A stretch of 64,000 nt of DNA from assembly GCA_018817715.1 (NCBI GenBank), contig JAHITT010000006.1:75147-139146 (forward strand), written 5' to 3'. The DNA comes from Patescibacteria group bacterium. Its GTDB lineage: Bacteria > Patescibacteriota > Patescibacteriia > Veblenbacterales > UBA10138. The translations under genes and the position numbers were made by a program. Below, one piece after another: positions 1 to 8,766 of this stretch; the first letter of the stretch is position 1, and each line of letters opens with the position of its first letter. Below the pieces are notes generated by a model. That model saw nothing but the letters and a program-made list of their open reading frames with translations, did not search any database and had not been told where the DNA came from.

Positions 1-41
1 CCGTTGTATAGAATTGGAGTATGATAAAGTAAATAAATATT

Positions 42-728
42 ATGAATAAAACCAAACATCTTATAATTTATTCCCATGGCTTTGGCGTACAAAAAGATGA
101 ACGGGGAATGTTTACAGAACTAGCCCAAGTTTTGCCTGAAGCGGAACATATAATGTTTGATTATAATCTGGTAAACAAAGCCCAAAATACGCTTACCTTA
201 AGCCCTTTGGATAAACAGGTAGAAATACTAGCCAAGACCCTAAAACAAGCCCTAAACAGCCATTTAGGGGCTAATATAAGCCTGATAGCGCATTCCCAAG
301 GCTGTTTAGTGGCGGCTATGCTTAAACCTATGGGTCTAAGCCAGGCTATTTTTTTAAATCCACCTTTTACTCTGGATGATCAAAGAACTATTAGTAATTT
401 TAAAAACCGCCCGGGCTGTGTAATTGATATGGAAGGTGTATCTAAATTTCCCAGGCTAGACGGTACCACTACTTTGGTACCTAAGGAGTATTGGCAAAGT
501 CGGCAGGGTATAAACCCGGTTAATTTGTATAATGACTTTGTCAAACTAACGGACTTAGCAATTATTACCGCTAAAGATGATAAACCTGCTTCGGCCGTGC
601 CGCCCAAAGAACTGGATTCAAAAATAAAAGTGCTAACTCTGCCCGGCGGGCATAATTTTGACGGGGAGTACCGAGCTGAACTGTTAAAGACTGTTAAAAG
701 TATATTTCTTTCTCATAATGAAAAATAA
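42..728 (+). CDS. alpha/beta-fold serine hydrolase
   Basis: 228 aa. Nucleophile-elbow motif IAHSQGC (GXSXG-like) and a C-terminal GGHNFDG histidine region. Confidence 0.55.
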   Translation: MNKTKHLIIYSHGFGVQKDERGMFTELAQVLPEAEHIMFDYNLVNKAQNTLTLSPLDKQVEILAKTLKQALNSHLGANISLIAHSQGCLVAAMLKPMGLSQAIFLNPPFTLDDQRTISNFKNRPGCVIDMEGVSKFPRLDGTTTLVPKEYWQSRQGINPVNLYNDFVKLTDLAIITAKDDKPASAVPPKELDSKIKVLTLPGGHNFDGEYRAELLKTVKSIFLSHNEK

Positions 729-733
729 ATCCT

Positions 734-1282
734 ATGAAAAATTTATTAAAAGATATTATAATAGTGGATTTTGAAACTACCGGTTTTAATTTAGAAAAAG
801 ACGAAGCTGTGCAAATTGGTTTTATTGTTTTAGATAAAAATAATTTATCAGAAAAAGCCAGTTTTGTTTCCTGGATAAAACCCCAACAACCAATTAATCC
901 AGATATGCCGGGTTTTAAATGGGCAACATTAAGCCGAAACGATTTAGAAGAAATAAACAAGGCGCCTAGCCTTAAAGAAGTTGCTCAACAAATAACTAAA
1001 ATAATACCGGACAAATATACTCTATGCGCCTGGAATGCTAATTTTGATTGGCATTTTTGGAAAAACTTACTTAAAACCGTCAACATAGATATTAAACCAG
1101 GGGGCTTGCTAGATTTATGGGGTTCAGCTTATTTAAAATTATTAAACGATCCAAATTATCAAGGCGACTATAAATCGGAATCTGTTTTTCAATACTTTGG
1201 AGCTAAGCCCAGATTAAAACACGACGCTTTAGAAGACTGTCGTTTAGAAGCCATGGTTTTACAAAAACTATTAGACAAATAG
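734..1282 (+). CDS. DEDDh 3'-5' exonuclease (DnaQ/epsilon-like domain)
   Basis: VDFETTG Exo I motif and a C-terminal H-x4-D (HDALEDC) Exo III motif. Confidence 0.7.
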   Translation: MKNLLKDIIIVDFETTGFNLEKDEAVQIGFIVLDKNNLSEKASFVSWIKPQQPINPDMPGFKWATLSRNDLEEINKAPSLKEVAQQITKIIPDKYTLCAWNANFDWHFWKNLLKTVNIDIKPGGLLDLWGSAYLKLLNDPNYQGDYKSESVFQYFGAKPRLKHDALEDCRLEAMVLQKLLDK

Positions 1283-1286
1283 AGTT

Positions 1287-1547
1287 ATGCTTAAAAAAAT
1301 TATTGGTCTTAATGTAATTGTTTTACTGTCAGCTATTGGTTATTATTTTTGGCATTTAAAAGAACTAACCAAATGGACTGGCATATTTTCTAAAACCGGC
1401 GGCGGGCCAGCTGAAGTGCAAGGTTTAAGTCTTCTGCTATACCAATATGAAGATGTTATAATAGCTGTACCAAATTTTATTATTTATTTTTTGGTAGTCG
1501 GACTTATTGTAAATATAATTATGTTAATTAAACTAAAGTATGAATAA
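1287..1547 (+). CDS. small hydrophobic hypothetical protein
   Basis: 86 aa with two predicted TM segments. No recognisable motif. Confidence 0.3.
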   Translation: MLKKIIGLNVIVLLSAIGYYFWHLKELTKWTGIFSKTGGGPAEVQGLSLLLYQYEDVIIAVPNFIIYFLVVGLIVNIIMLIKLKYE

Positions 1548-1941
1548 ATTTTCTGCCGGCATACACGTTTTAGTTAATTGTAAAAATAAATATTTATTAC
1601 TAAAAAGAGGAAAAAAGGCCCGAGACGAACAAGGTTGTTGGGATTTTCCCGGCGGTGGAATTGAATTTGGTGAACAACCCTTAAAAACAGCTACCAGAGA
1701 AACCAAAGAAGAAACCGGTTTAAAAATAACCAACTTAAAACTAATAAATGTTTGGGCGGCTAAATGGCCGGGTAACTACTGGTCAGTTGAACTTTTAGCC
1801 AGCGCTAAAACTCACAGTCAAAAAGTCCGACTAAGCCCAGAACATAGTGAATTTAAATGGCTAACTATCTCTGAGTTAAAAAAAATCAACCCTCGTAGCG
1901 CCCATTTATTAAACTTTATTAAATATTTAAAAAGTAAATAA
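1540..1941 (+). CDS. NUDIX hydrolase
   Basis: Nudix box GGGIEFGEQPLKTATRETKEETGL. Confidence 0.75.
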   Translation: MNKFSAGIHVLVNCKNKYLLLKRGKKARDEQGCWDFPGGGIEFGEQPLKTATRETKEETGLKITNLKLINVWAAKWPGNYWSVELLASAKTHSQKVRLSPEHSEFKWLTISELKKINPRSAHLLNFIKYLKSK

Positions 1942-2532
1942 ATGTTACAAGCAGTTATTTTTGATTTAAACGGTGTTTTTATAATTAGCCCTAAGTTAAG
2001 CGATCGGGTACATAAAGATTTTGGCCTGACTACTCAAGAATTTTTACCAGCCTTATTCAGCATAATGGACCAAGTACGTAAACCTAAGGCTGGTCCGGCT
2101 TTTACCTATTGGCAACCTTATTTACAAAAATGGGGGATTAATTTAAACGAACCAGAGTTTTGGGATTACTGGTTTAAGGGTGAAGTACCTAACCAAGCTA
2201 TGATTAATCTGGCCAAAAAATTTAGGCAGCAAGGTCTAAAAATTATTATTTTATCCAATAATTTTAAAGAACGGGCTGAATTTTACCAATCTTACCCTTG
2301 GCTTAATGAAATAGCGGACAAAATTTATTTTTCCTGGCAAACTGGTTTAGTAAAGCCAGATATAAAAGCTTGGCAACTGGTTTTAACCGATAATAATCTT
2401 AAAGCCGAAAACTGCCTGTATTTTGACGACCAGGCTAAAAACTTAGCTGCGGCTGAGTCTTTAAATATACCTAATTTTGCTTTTACTAACGCCACCAATA
2501 CCAATAGCCTTATCCAGCAGTATTTAAAATAA
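1942..2532 (+). CDS. HAD-superfamily hydrolase
   Basis: N-terminal FDLNGV (DxD-type motif I) and C-terminal YFDDQ motif IV. Confidence 0.55.
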   Translation: MLQAVIFDLNGVFIISPKLSDRVHKDFGLTTQEFLPALFSIMDQVRKPKAGPAFTYWQPYLQKWGINLNEPEFWDYWFKGEVPNQAMINLAKKFRQQGLKIIILSNNFKERAEFYQSYPWLNEIADKIYFSWQTGLVKPDIKAWQLVLTDNNLKAENCLYFDDQAKNLAAAESLNIPNFAFTNATNTNSLIQQYLK

Positions 2533-2577
2533 ATGCTATAATAAAAAGGTTAATAAACTAAAACTTAGTAAATAATC

Positions 2578-3168
2578 ATGTCTAAATTGTTTAACATTAC
2601 CAACATCATAATTCTTTTAGTAGTTTTAGGTGGGGGCTATGGGTTGTTTAAAGCTCTTACTTATACATCTATTAACGAGATTCAAACAGCTACTCTAGAC
2701 TTATCTAAACCTAGTGAGCCAGAAGCAACTGTAGAAGTAATGCCCGAATTCAACAATCCGTCAGACACGGCAACCATACAACCTCAACCGCAACAAACTC
2801 CGCCACCTATACCGCAAATCGGCGCTGACCAGCAACCAGCTAATCAACCACCAATAGATAATAAAGCTCCCACTAATACCGGGTCTTTAATAAGCCGGTG
2901 GCAAAACAACAGTGATGATAAATATCAAATTAATTACCGAGCTGATAACACAGTAGAAGAATTTTATAATAATGAGTCAAAAGGTACTGGCACTTGGGAA
3001 TATGTTAAACCCGAAGCAGGCCAAGCCGGGCCCAGTACGCAAATTCTGCGAGTAACTTTAAATGGCCAAATTTCTGATTATCAAATTATCAACCTATCTG
3101 CCAGCAACCTTTCCTATGTTAACAGCGCTAAAGGAGAAATTGTAAGCTTTAAACGCCTGCCAGAATAG
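2578..3168 (+). CDS. membrane-anchored hypothetical protein with Pro/Gln-rich linker
   Basis: N-terminal TM helix followed by a low-complexity PQPQQTPPPIPQ stretch. Confidence 0.4.
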   Translation: MSKLFNITNIIILLVVLGGGYGLFKALTYTSINEIQTATLDLSKPSEPEATVEVMPEFNNPSDTATIQPQPQQTPPPIPQIGADQQPANQPPIDNKAPTNTGSLISRWQNNSDDKYQINYRADNTVEEFYNNESKGTGTWEYVKPEAGQAGPSTQILRVTLNGQISDYQIINLSASNLSYVNSAKGEIVSFKRLPE

Positions 3169-3280
3169 AATTAATAAATCTTAAATTCTAAATCCTAAAT
3201 CTCAAATAATACCCAAATCGCAATTGTTTTAAATTTTTAGGATTTAAGTTTTAGGATTTGAAAATTTATTTTACTAATCT

Positions 3281-4039
3281 ATGTCCAAATATTACAACCC
3301 TAACCGCTCCAGTAAATACTGTTATAACCCTAAATCAGGCGAACCCTTTCGCTTAAGCCGCAGTAAGATTGATTTATTTTTAAATTGCCCGAGGTGCTTT
3401 TATTTAGACAGGCGCTTAGGCGTGGCTCAACCGCCTGGTTATCCCTTTGCTTTAAACTCGGCTGTGGATACTTTATTAAAAAAAGAATTCGACACTCACC
3501 GCCAAGCCCAAACTCCACATCCTTTAATGGTAGAAAACGGTATTAAAGCTGTACCATTTAACCACCCACAAATTGATACCTGGCGCGATAGTCTGCGCAG
3601 CGGCATAACTTTTTTACACCCGCCAACCAATTTACTAGTAACTGGCGGAGTAGACGATGTTTGGCTTAACGAGCAAGAAGAATTAATCATTGTAGATTAT
3701 AAAAGTACCAGCAAAGAACAAGAAGTAACCTTAGAAGCTGATTGGCAAATTGGTTACAAACGACAAATGGAAATATATCAATGGCTTTTTAGGCAAAACA
3801 ATTTTAAGGTAAACCCCACTGGCTATTTTGTTTATTGTAATGGCTTAACTGACCGCCCAGGTTTTAATGCCCGCCTGGATTTTGACATTAAAGTTTTGCC
3901 TTACCAGGGCGACGATTCTTGGGTAGAACAGGCTATTATCGATGCACACGAATGTTTAAATGCTAACAATCTGCCAGGTGCAGCCTTTGATTGTGATTAT
4001 TGCCGCTACCGGGAAGCAGTTGGGCCTCACGAAGTTTAA
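3281..4039 (+). CDS. Cas4/RecB-family PD-(D/E)XK nuclease with predicted 4-Cys Fe-S cluster
   Basis: GGVDD...E...IVDYKS PD-(D/E)XK core. QMEIY (QxxxY) motif. N-terminal CPRC plus C-terminal C-x14-C-x2-C cysteines. Confidence 0.6.
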   Translation: MSKYYNPNRSSKYCYNPKSGEPFRLSRSKIDLFLNCPRCFYLDRRLGVAQPPGYPFALNSAVDTLLKKEFDTHRQAQTPHPLMVENGIKAVPFNHPQIDTWRDSLRSGITFLHPPTNLLVTGGVDDVWLNEQEELIIVDYKSTSKEQEVTLEADWQIGYKRQMEIYQWLFRQNNFKVNPTGYFVYCNGLTDRPGFNARLDFDIKVLPYQGDDSWVEQAIIDAHECLNANNLPGAAFDCDYCRYREAVGPHEV

Positions 4040-4041
4040 TT

Positions 4042-4593
4042 ATGGCCAACAATATTATTTTTGTACCCGGAACTTTAACCCAAGGCCATTTATACGGCCC
4101 TTGGCCAGCAGTGGATATTTGGCTTAAACACAACCAAGCCACTTTAACCAACCCGCCTGACATAGTAATTGCTTACAGTTTAGGCGCCACTTGGGCAGTA
4201 ACCAATCTTAAAATCACTCCGGCTACCAAATTTATTTTAATTAATCCTTTATTAATAAAAAAACCTTGGCCTATTATTTTATTTAATTGGTTTAAGTATT
4301 TAAATCAAGAAGGTTTTAAAGAAAGTCAGTTTATTAAACAAGAGCATTGGTGGTCTAGTTTAAAGTTAGTTTTTAAATTAATTAAAATAGATTTATTACC
4401 CGAACTTATAAAAATTCCTAAAAGTAATTTACTTATTATAAAAGGGGAGGACGACAGCTTTTTTTGCGACCAAACAGTTAAAACTCTAGCTGAACGTTAT
4501 AATTTACCCCTTAAACTGGTTAAGGCTGGCCATAATTGGAATGCTAATATTTTTGAACAAGTGCAGGCGGCTATAAACAAACCATTTAACTAA
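4042..4593 (+). CDS. small alpha/beta hydrolase (Ser-Asp-His triad)
   Basis: YSLGA nucleophile elbow, GEDDSF Asp and AGHNW His in canonical order. Start placed at the internal MANNII codon rather than the overlapping 4000 start. Confidence 0.5.
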   Translation: MANNIIFVPGTLTQGHLYGPWPAVDIWLKHNQATLTNPPDIVIAYSLGATWAVTNLKITPATKFILINPLLIKKPWPIILFNWFKYLNQEGFKESQFIKQEHWWSSLKLVFKLIKIDLLPELIKIPKSNLLIIKGEDDSFFCDQTVKTLAERYNLPLKLVKAGHNWNANIFEQVQAAINKPFN

Positions 4594-4630
4594 TTTTCTA
4601 CCACCACAATTCAATAACCACCAATTAATT

Positions 4631-4670
4631 AAACCTTCTAACATTCTCAAGAATGTTAGAAGGTTTATAA
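4631..4670 (+). terminator. intrinsic terminator hairpin
   Basis: Perfect 17-bp stem AAACCTTCTAACATTCT/AGAATGTTAGAAGGTTT followed by TTTATAA, after the 4593 stop. Confidence 0.5.
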
Positions 4671-4765
4671 GGATGAATTAGATTATTATTTATCTTTGAC
4701 GTTTAAGTTTAAAAATAGTAAGTTTAATTACCAGACTATTAATTTTTTGCAATTATTTTAGAGCT

Positions 4766-5296
4766 ATGACCAAAATAAAATATAAATTCTGTCCCGTGTG
4801 TGGCGGTTTATTTAAAAATATTTTAATACCTAAAGAAAATCGTAAAAGATTAACCTGCCAACAATGCAATTTTGTTTTTTATCAAAACCCTAAAACCACC
4901 GCTGGTGTAATTATTGTTAAAAACGGCCGAGTCCTGCTGGGTAAAAAAGCCAGTGGCCCTAAAAAAGGCCTTTGGAATATACCGGGTGGTTTTTTGGAAG
5001 CTGGGGAGCATCCTCTGCAAGGTGCTAAACGGGAAATTAAAGAAGAAACTAACCTTAATATTAGAATTATCAAACTGTTAGGTATTTTTAAAAGCCGTTA
5101 TTTTACTGGTGATCATTGTGTGAATATTTTTTATTTAGCCGAAATTATAAGTGGTCCAGCCAAAGCTGGCGATGATTTAAGCCAACTTAAATGGTTTAAA
5201 CCCAGTGAACTACCTAAAAAAATGGCTTTTAAGGATAATGTACAAGCGCTTCAGGCTTGGCTTAAGGAGGCCAAAAACCACCTGGCACTTAATTAA
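4766..5296 (+). CDS. NUDIX hydrolase with N-terminal zinc ribbon
   Basis: CPVCG...CQQC zinc ribbon. Nudix box GGFLEAGEHPLQGAKREIKEETNL. Confidence 0.7.
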   Translation: MTKIKYKFCPVCGGLFKNILIPKENRKRLTCQQCNFVFYQNPKTTAGVIIVKNGRVLLGKKASGPKKGLWNIPGGFLEAGEHPLQGAKREIKEETNLNIRIIKLLGIFKSRYFTGDHCVNIFYLAEIISGPAKAGDDLSQLKWFKPSELPKKMAFKDNVQALQAWLKEAKNHLALN

Positions 5297-5424
5297 GGCT
5301 AAGTACAGCTAATTAATTTTAGTCTAACTAAAATTTTTTTGTATTATCTTTGATAATTTAATATAATTAAATAAAGGTCTGCAATTTTAACCAAGTACCA
5401 CTTATTATTAATTTAAAAAAACAT

Positions 5425-5826
5425 ATGAACGGCTACATTTCTAACATAGAAAAAATAACCAAAGAAAATAAAAACTTTAGGCAGGTGCTTTACACGGGTA
5501 AACACAGCCAATTAGTGGTTATGCGGCTTAAACCCGGGGAAGATATAGGAGAAGAAATTCACACCCTAGACCAATTTATTAGAATAGAACAGGGTAGTGG
5601 ACAAGTTATCTTAAACGGCGTGGAATCGGAAATAAAAGAAGATTACGCTATTGTTATACCGGCCGGCGTTAAGCATAACGTGGTTAACAGCTCTTTAAGC
5701 GATGATATGAAGCTATACACGGTTTATTCGCCGCCAGAACATAAAGACGGCATTGTTCACCTAACCAAAAACCAGGCTCTAAACGATCTGGATGATCATT
5801 TTGACGGCAAAACCACAGAAAAATAA
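5425..5826 (+). CDS. cupin-domain protein
   Basis: Cupin motifs G(X)5HxH-like (EEIHTLDQFIRIEQG) and VIPAGVKHN. Confidence 0.5.
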   Translation: MNGYISNIEKITKENKNFRQVLYTGKHSQLVVMRLKPGEDIGEEIHTLDQFIRIEQGSGQVILNGVESEIKEDYAIVIPAGVKHNVVNSSLSDDMKLYTVYSPPEHKDGIVHLTKNQALNDLDDHFDGKTTEK

Positions 5827-6233
5827 TGAAAATAAACCATAGTTTAAAGCTAGCTACAATTTCATTAATAGGCGCAGCTTTAATACTTTTAAGCTTCTGC
5901 TCTGTTTTAATAGAGCCCAAAGAATCTGCAACGACTGGATTTATTAATTTGTCCAATAATTCAGAAAAATGTTGCGGAATATTGACGCAAACTCATTTTT
6001 TGCACGAACAAAACAGAGACTTAATTTTACCAATTGTTAAAAATAACAAGGCTTGGTTATTGCTGCAATTTTTATTAGCCGGTAGTTTAATATTTTTATT
6101 AAAATCTTTTTGGTTAAAAGACAAAAATTATAAATGCTCTCTGTTTTTAAAAAGGTATTATTCAGATTTGCCTTTTTATTGTTACTTAAAAATATTTCTT
6201 TCTCGGGGTTTATTGCATCCTAAAATTTTTTAA
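5826..6233 (+). CDS. doubtful hydrophobic ORF
   Basis: AT-rich region with odd composition. It may be non-coding. Confidence 0.15.
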   Translation: MKINHSLKLATISLIGAALILLSFCSVLIEPKESATTGFINLSNNSEKCCGILTQTHFLHEQNRDLILPIVKNNKAWLLLQFLLAGSLIFLLKSFWLKDKNYKCSLFLKRYYSDLPFYCYLKIFLSRGLLHPKIF

Positions 6234-6306
6234 CTTAAAATATTTTAAAAAATTCCCTAGATAAAAATAGGGCGTCTTTTAATTTTATTATTTTATTTTT
6301 TAAAAC

Positions 6307-7083
6307 ATGCATTTATTAAAAACTACCGAACAAACTAAAAATAATTTGTTCGAAAACATGCCACCTAAACTAAGTTTTATTTTCGGCTTAGTTAGTGGTT
6401 TAGCTGTTGTAGGTCTGCTGGGTTTATTATTAACCACCACCTATTTATTGACTAATAAAAACAAAACCGAAAAAATTACCAACTCTCCCAACCAACCAAC
6501 TGCTAATAATACCGATACCGTTGGTTTAAACCCGCCCCTACAACCAGTTAATATCACTGCTAAAGATACCGACTATATTCGAGGAAATAAAAATGCGGCT
6601 ATTACATTAATAGAATATTCAGATTTAGAATGCCCTTTTTGCCAACGGTTTCACCCTTCTATGCTCCAATTGTTACAAGAATACCCCGAACAAGTCCGTT
6701 GGATTTATCGACACTTTCCTTTATCTTTCCACGCCAATGCCCAAAAAGAAGCTGAGGCAGTTGAATGCGCGGGCAAACTTGGTGGCAATGACAAATTTTG
6801 GCTTTACCTTGATACCATATTCAACAGAACAACCTCCAACGGTACTGGTTTTGCTTTAGATAAACTCACCCCCTTAGCCGTAGAAATAGGCTTACCTAAA
6901 GACAAGTTTGAAACTTGTTTGGAAAGCGGAGAATTTGCTGGTAAAGTCCAAAACGATTTGCAAGAAGGCTCTAGTTTTGGCGTTTCTGGTACACCCACTA
7001 CTTTTGTTAATGGACAACCAGTGGAAGGGGCTGTTCCTTATGCTCAATTAAAACAAATAGTAGATTCTTTACTAGAACAATAA
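6307..7083 (+). CDS. DsbA-family thiol:disulfide oxidoreductase (membrane-anchored)
   Basis: N-terminal TM helix. CPFC active site in a thioredoxin fold. Confidence 0.7.
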   Translation: MHLLKTTEQTKNNLFENMPPKLSFIFGLVSGLAVVGLLGLLLTTTYLLTNKNKTEKITNSPNQPTANNTDTVGLNPPLQPVNITAKDTDYIRGNKNAAITLIEYSDLECPFCQRFHPSMLQLLQEYPEQVRWIYRHFPLSFHANAQKEAEAVECAGKLGGNDKFWLYLDTIFNRTTSNGTGFALDKLTPLAVEIGLPKDKFETCLESGEFAGKVQNDLQEGSSFGVSGTPTTFVNGQPVEGAVPYAQLKQIVDSLLEQ

Positions 7084-7596
7084 ATGACTAAATATAATTC
7101 AACTAAACAACTTAATCAAAAAATAAAAAATAGAAAAAAATTCGTCAAAAAAATTTCATTTCTTATTTTGTTTTTGTTGATAACCGGATTTATAACCTGG
7201 TTAATTCTACGATCATCGTACAATAAACCAAAAATTGATAATGGTTTAATATCTAAAAATGGACTTCATTGGCACGCTCAGTTAAGCATTAAAATAAACG
7301 GCCAGTTAGAAAAAATTCCGGCAGATGTGGGTTTAAAAACAATACATTTACCTATTCATACTCACGAAACCGACGGCACCATTCATCTGGAATTTTCCGG
7401 CTTAACAACTAAACAAGACACTCAATTGGGACAATTCTTTAACAATTGGGGAAAAGTTTTTAATAGCAACTGTATTTTTGATTATTGTACTGACAACAAC
7501 AAAAAACTCAGTCTATATGTTAACGGGCAACCTAATTGGGAATTTGACAAATATGAAATGAAAGACAATGATACACTAGAGATAGTGTTTGAATAA
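7084..7596 (+). CDS. membrane-anchored hypothetical protein
   Basis: N-terminal TM helix. No clear motif. Confidence 0.35.
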   Translation: MTKYNSTKQLNQKIKNRKKFVKKISFLILFLLITGFITWLILRSSYNKPKIDNGLISKNGLHWHAQLSIKINGQLEKIPADVGLKTIHLPIHTHETDGTIHLEFSGLTTKQDTQLGQFFNNWGKVFNSNCIFDYCTDNNKKLSLYVNGQPNWEFDKYEMKDNDTLEIVFE

Positions 7597-7624
7597 TTAA
7601 TTCTTTATCTACTAATAAAATTTT

Positions 7625-7861
7625 ATGTGGAATTCCTATTGTGGTAATATTTTTGGCTGGGGGATGGCTGGTCCGGTTATTATGATAGTTTTTTGGCTGG
7701 CAGCTATTTTACTGTTTATTTGGCTGGTTAAACACTTTACCAAAAGTAACCACCAAGACAACAGTTCTACTAAAGCTGCGGCTATCTTAAAAGAGCGTTA
7801 TGCCAAGGGCGAAATAAGCCAGCAAGAATTTGAAGAAAAATTAAAAAACTTACAATCCTAA
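7625..7861 (+). CDS. SHOCT-domain membrane protein
   Basis: TM helix followed by ILKERYAKGEISQQEFEEKL (SHOCT-like). Confidence 0.5.
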   Translation: MWNSYCGNIFGWGMAGPVIMIVFWLAAILLFIWLVKHFTKSNHQDNSSTKAAAILKERYAKGEISQQEFEEKLKNLQS

Positions 7862-7881
7862 ATTAATAAATAATCAAACTT

Positions 7882-8133
7882 ATGAAATTATCAATTAAAA
7901 AATCTACAAAAAATAAAATTAAATCAAATACTAACAAAGTTAAAGATGAAATTACCGAAGAGCTTCGCAAACTTGGCGATAAAATTATGATTATGACCAA
8001 AGAGGCCAAAGTTAAGTATGATCAGTCCGACGAGCAGACTAAGAAAAAAATTCTAACCGGCGTAATCGGCGCGGCTACTATTCTTTCCGGTATTATTGGT
8101 TATAAAGTAATTAAGGGCAAAAAAAGTAAATAA
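7882..8133 (+). CDS. small hypothetical protein
   Basis: Lys-rich with a C-terminal TM segment. Confidence 0.3.
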   Translation: MKLSIKKSTKNKIKSNTNKVKDEITEELRKLGDKIMIMTKEAKVKYDQSDEQTKKKILTGVIGAATILSGIIGYKVIKGKKSK

Positions 8134-8220
8134 TTATAAGCTTTACTTATTAAATAGATTTGCTATATTCACTAATACTATGTTGGCCAAGTGTTTAAAT
8201 AACGACAATAACGATAATAA

Positions 8221-8295
8221 CCAGCCCTAAGGACTTGGCCTGTTAGCTTGTATTCAAAAAAAACGCCAGTCCTTACCCAGGGCTGGTGGTTTTTT
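8221..8295 (+). terminator. long GC-rich hairpin plus T-run (terminator or structured RNA)
   Basis: CCAGCCCTAAGGACTTGGC ... GCCAGTCCTTACCCAGGGCTGG stem followed by TGGTTTTTT. Confidence 0.4.
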
Positions 8296-8313
8296 ATAAC
8301 TTAATAATATTAT

Positions 8314-8388
8314 TCTGGGGTAGTTCAAAGGTAGAACGCTGCGCTGTTAACGCAGATGTTGAAGGTTCGAGTCCTTCCCCCAGAGCCA
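8314..8388 (+). tRNA. tRNA-Asn (anticodon GTT)
   Basis: Hand-folded cloverleaf. Acceptor TCTGGGG/CCCCAGA, D stem GTTC/GAAC, anticodon stem CTGCG/CGCAG with loop CTGTTAA, T arm GAAGG-TTCGAGT-CCTTC, and an encoded CCA. Confidence 0.85.
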
Positions 8389-8496
8389 CGCTCAGCGTGG
8401 CTATACCCGCGCTTAGCGCGGGAGCCATATAGATACGTTGAGCAAAAAAAATCACCCGGTGTACGCTAGGTGATTTTTTTATGCTAAAATTAATTT

Positions 8497-8766
8497 ATGT
8501 ATTACACTTATGTTCTCCATTCTATCAAAGATGGACAACTATATACAGGCTATACTCCCAATCTAAAAAGTCGGATTAAATCCCACCAAGATGGCTATGT
8601 CACAGCAACAAAAAGTCGGCGTCCTCTAATATTAATATATTATGAATCATTTATAGTCGAATCTGACGCTAAACGAAGAGAACTTTTTCTAAAAGGTGGC
8701 AATGGTAAAAAAGAATTAGAAAAAATCTTAAAAGATTATTTCAAAAATAATCTCTGGCATAAATAA
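8497..8766 (+). CDS. GIY-YIG nuclease-domain protein
   Basis: YTYVL...LYTGYT...R...H pattern of the GIY-YIG fold. 89 aa. Confidence 0.7.
   Translation: MYYTYVLHSIKDGQLYTGYTPNLKSRIKSHQDGYVTATKSRRPLILIYYESFIVESDAKRRELFLKGGNGKKELEKILKDYFKNNLWHK

Noticed and set aside
3281-4039. Checked for a CRISPR-Cas locus around the Cas4-like gene.
   Set aside because: There are no direct-repeat/spacer arrays and no cas1/cas2-like ORFs anywhere in the window. The gene is treated as a standalone nuclease.
5826-6233. 135-aa plus-strand ORF and the overlapping 90-aa minus ORF (5684-5956).
   Set aside because: The region is AT-rich and low-complexity with no motif. It is kept only as a very low-confidence CDS and may be non-coding.
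8161-8295. Considered SRP (4.5S) RNA or another named ncRNA for the GC-rich hairpin.
   Set aside because: It lacks the conserved SRP domain IV sequence (GGAAGGAAGCAGC-like). I can only call it a structured element or terminator.
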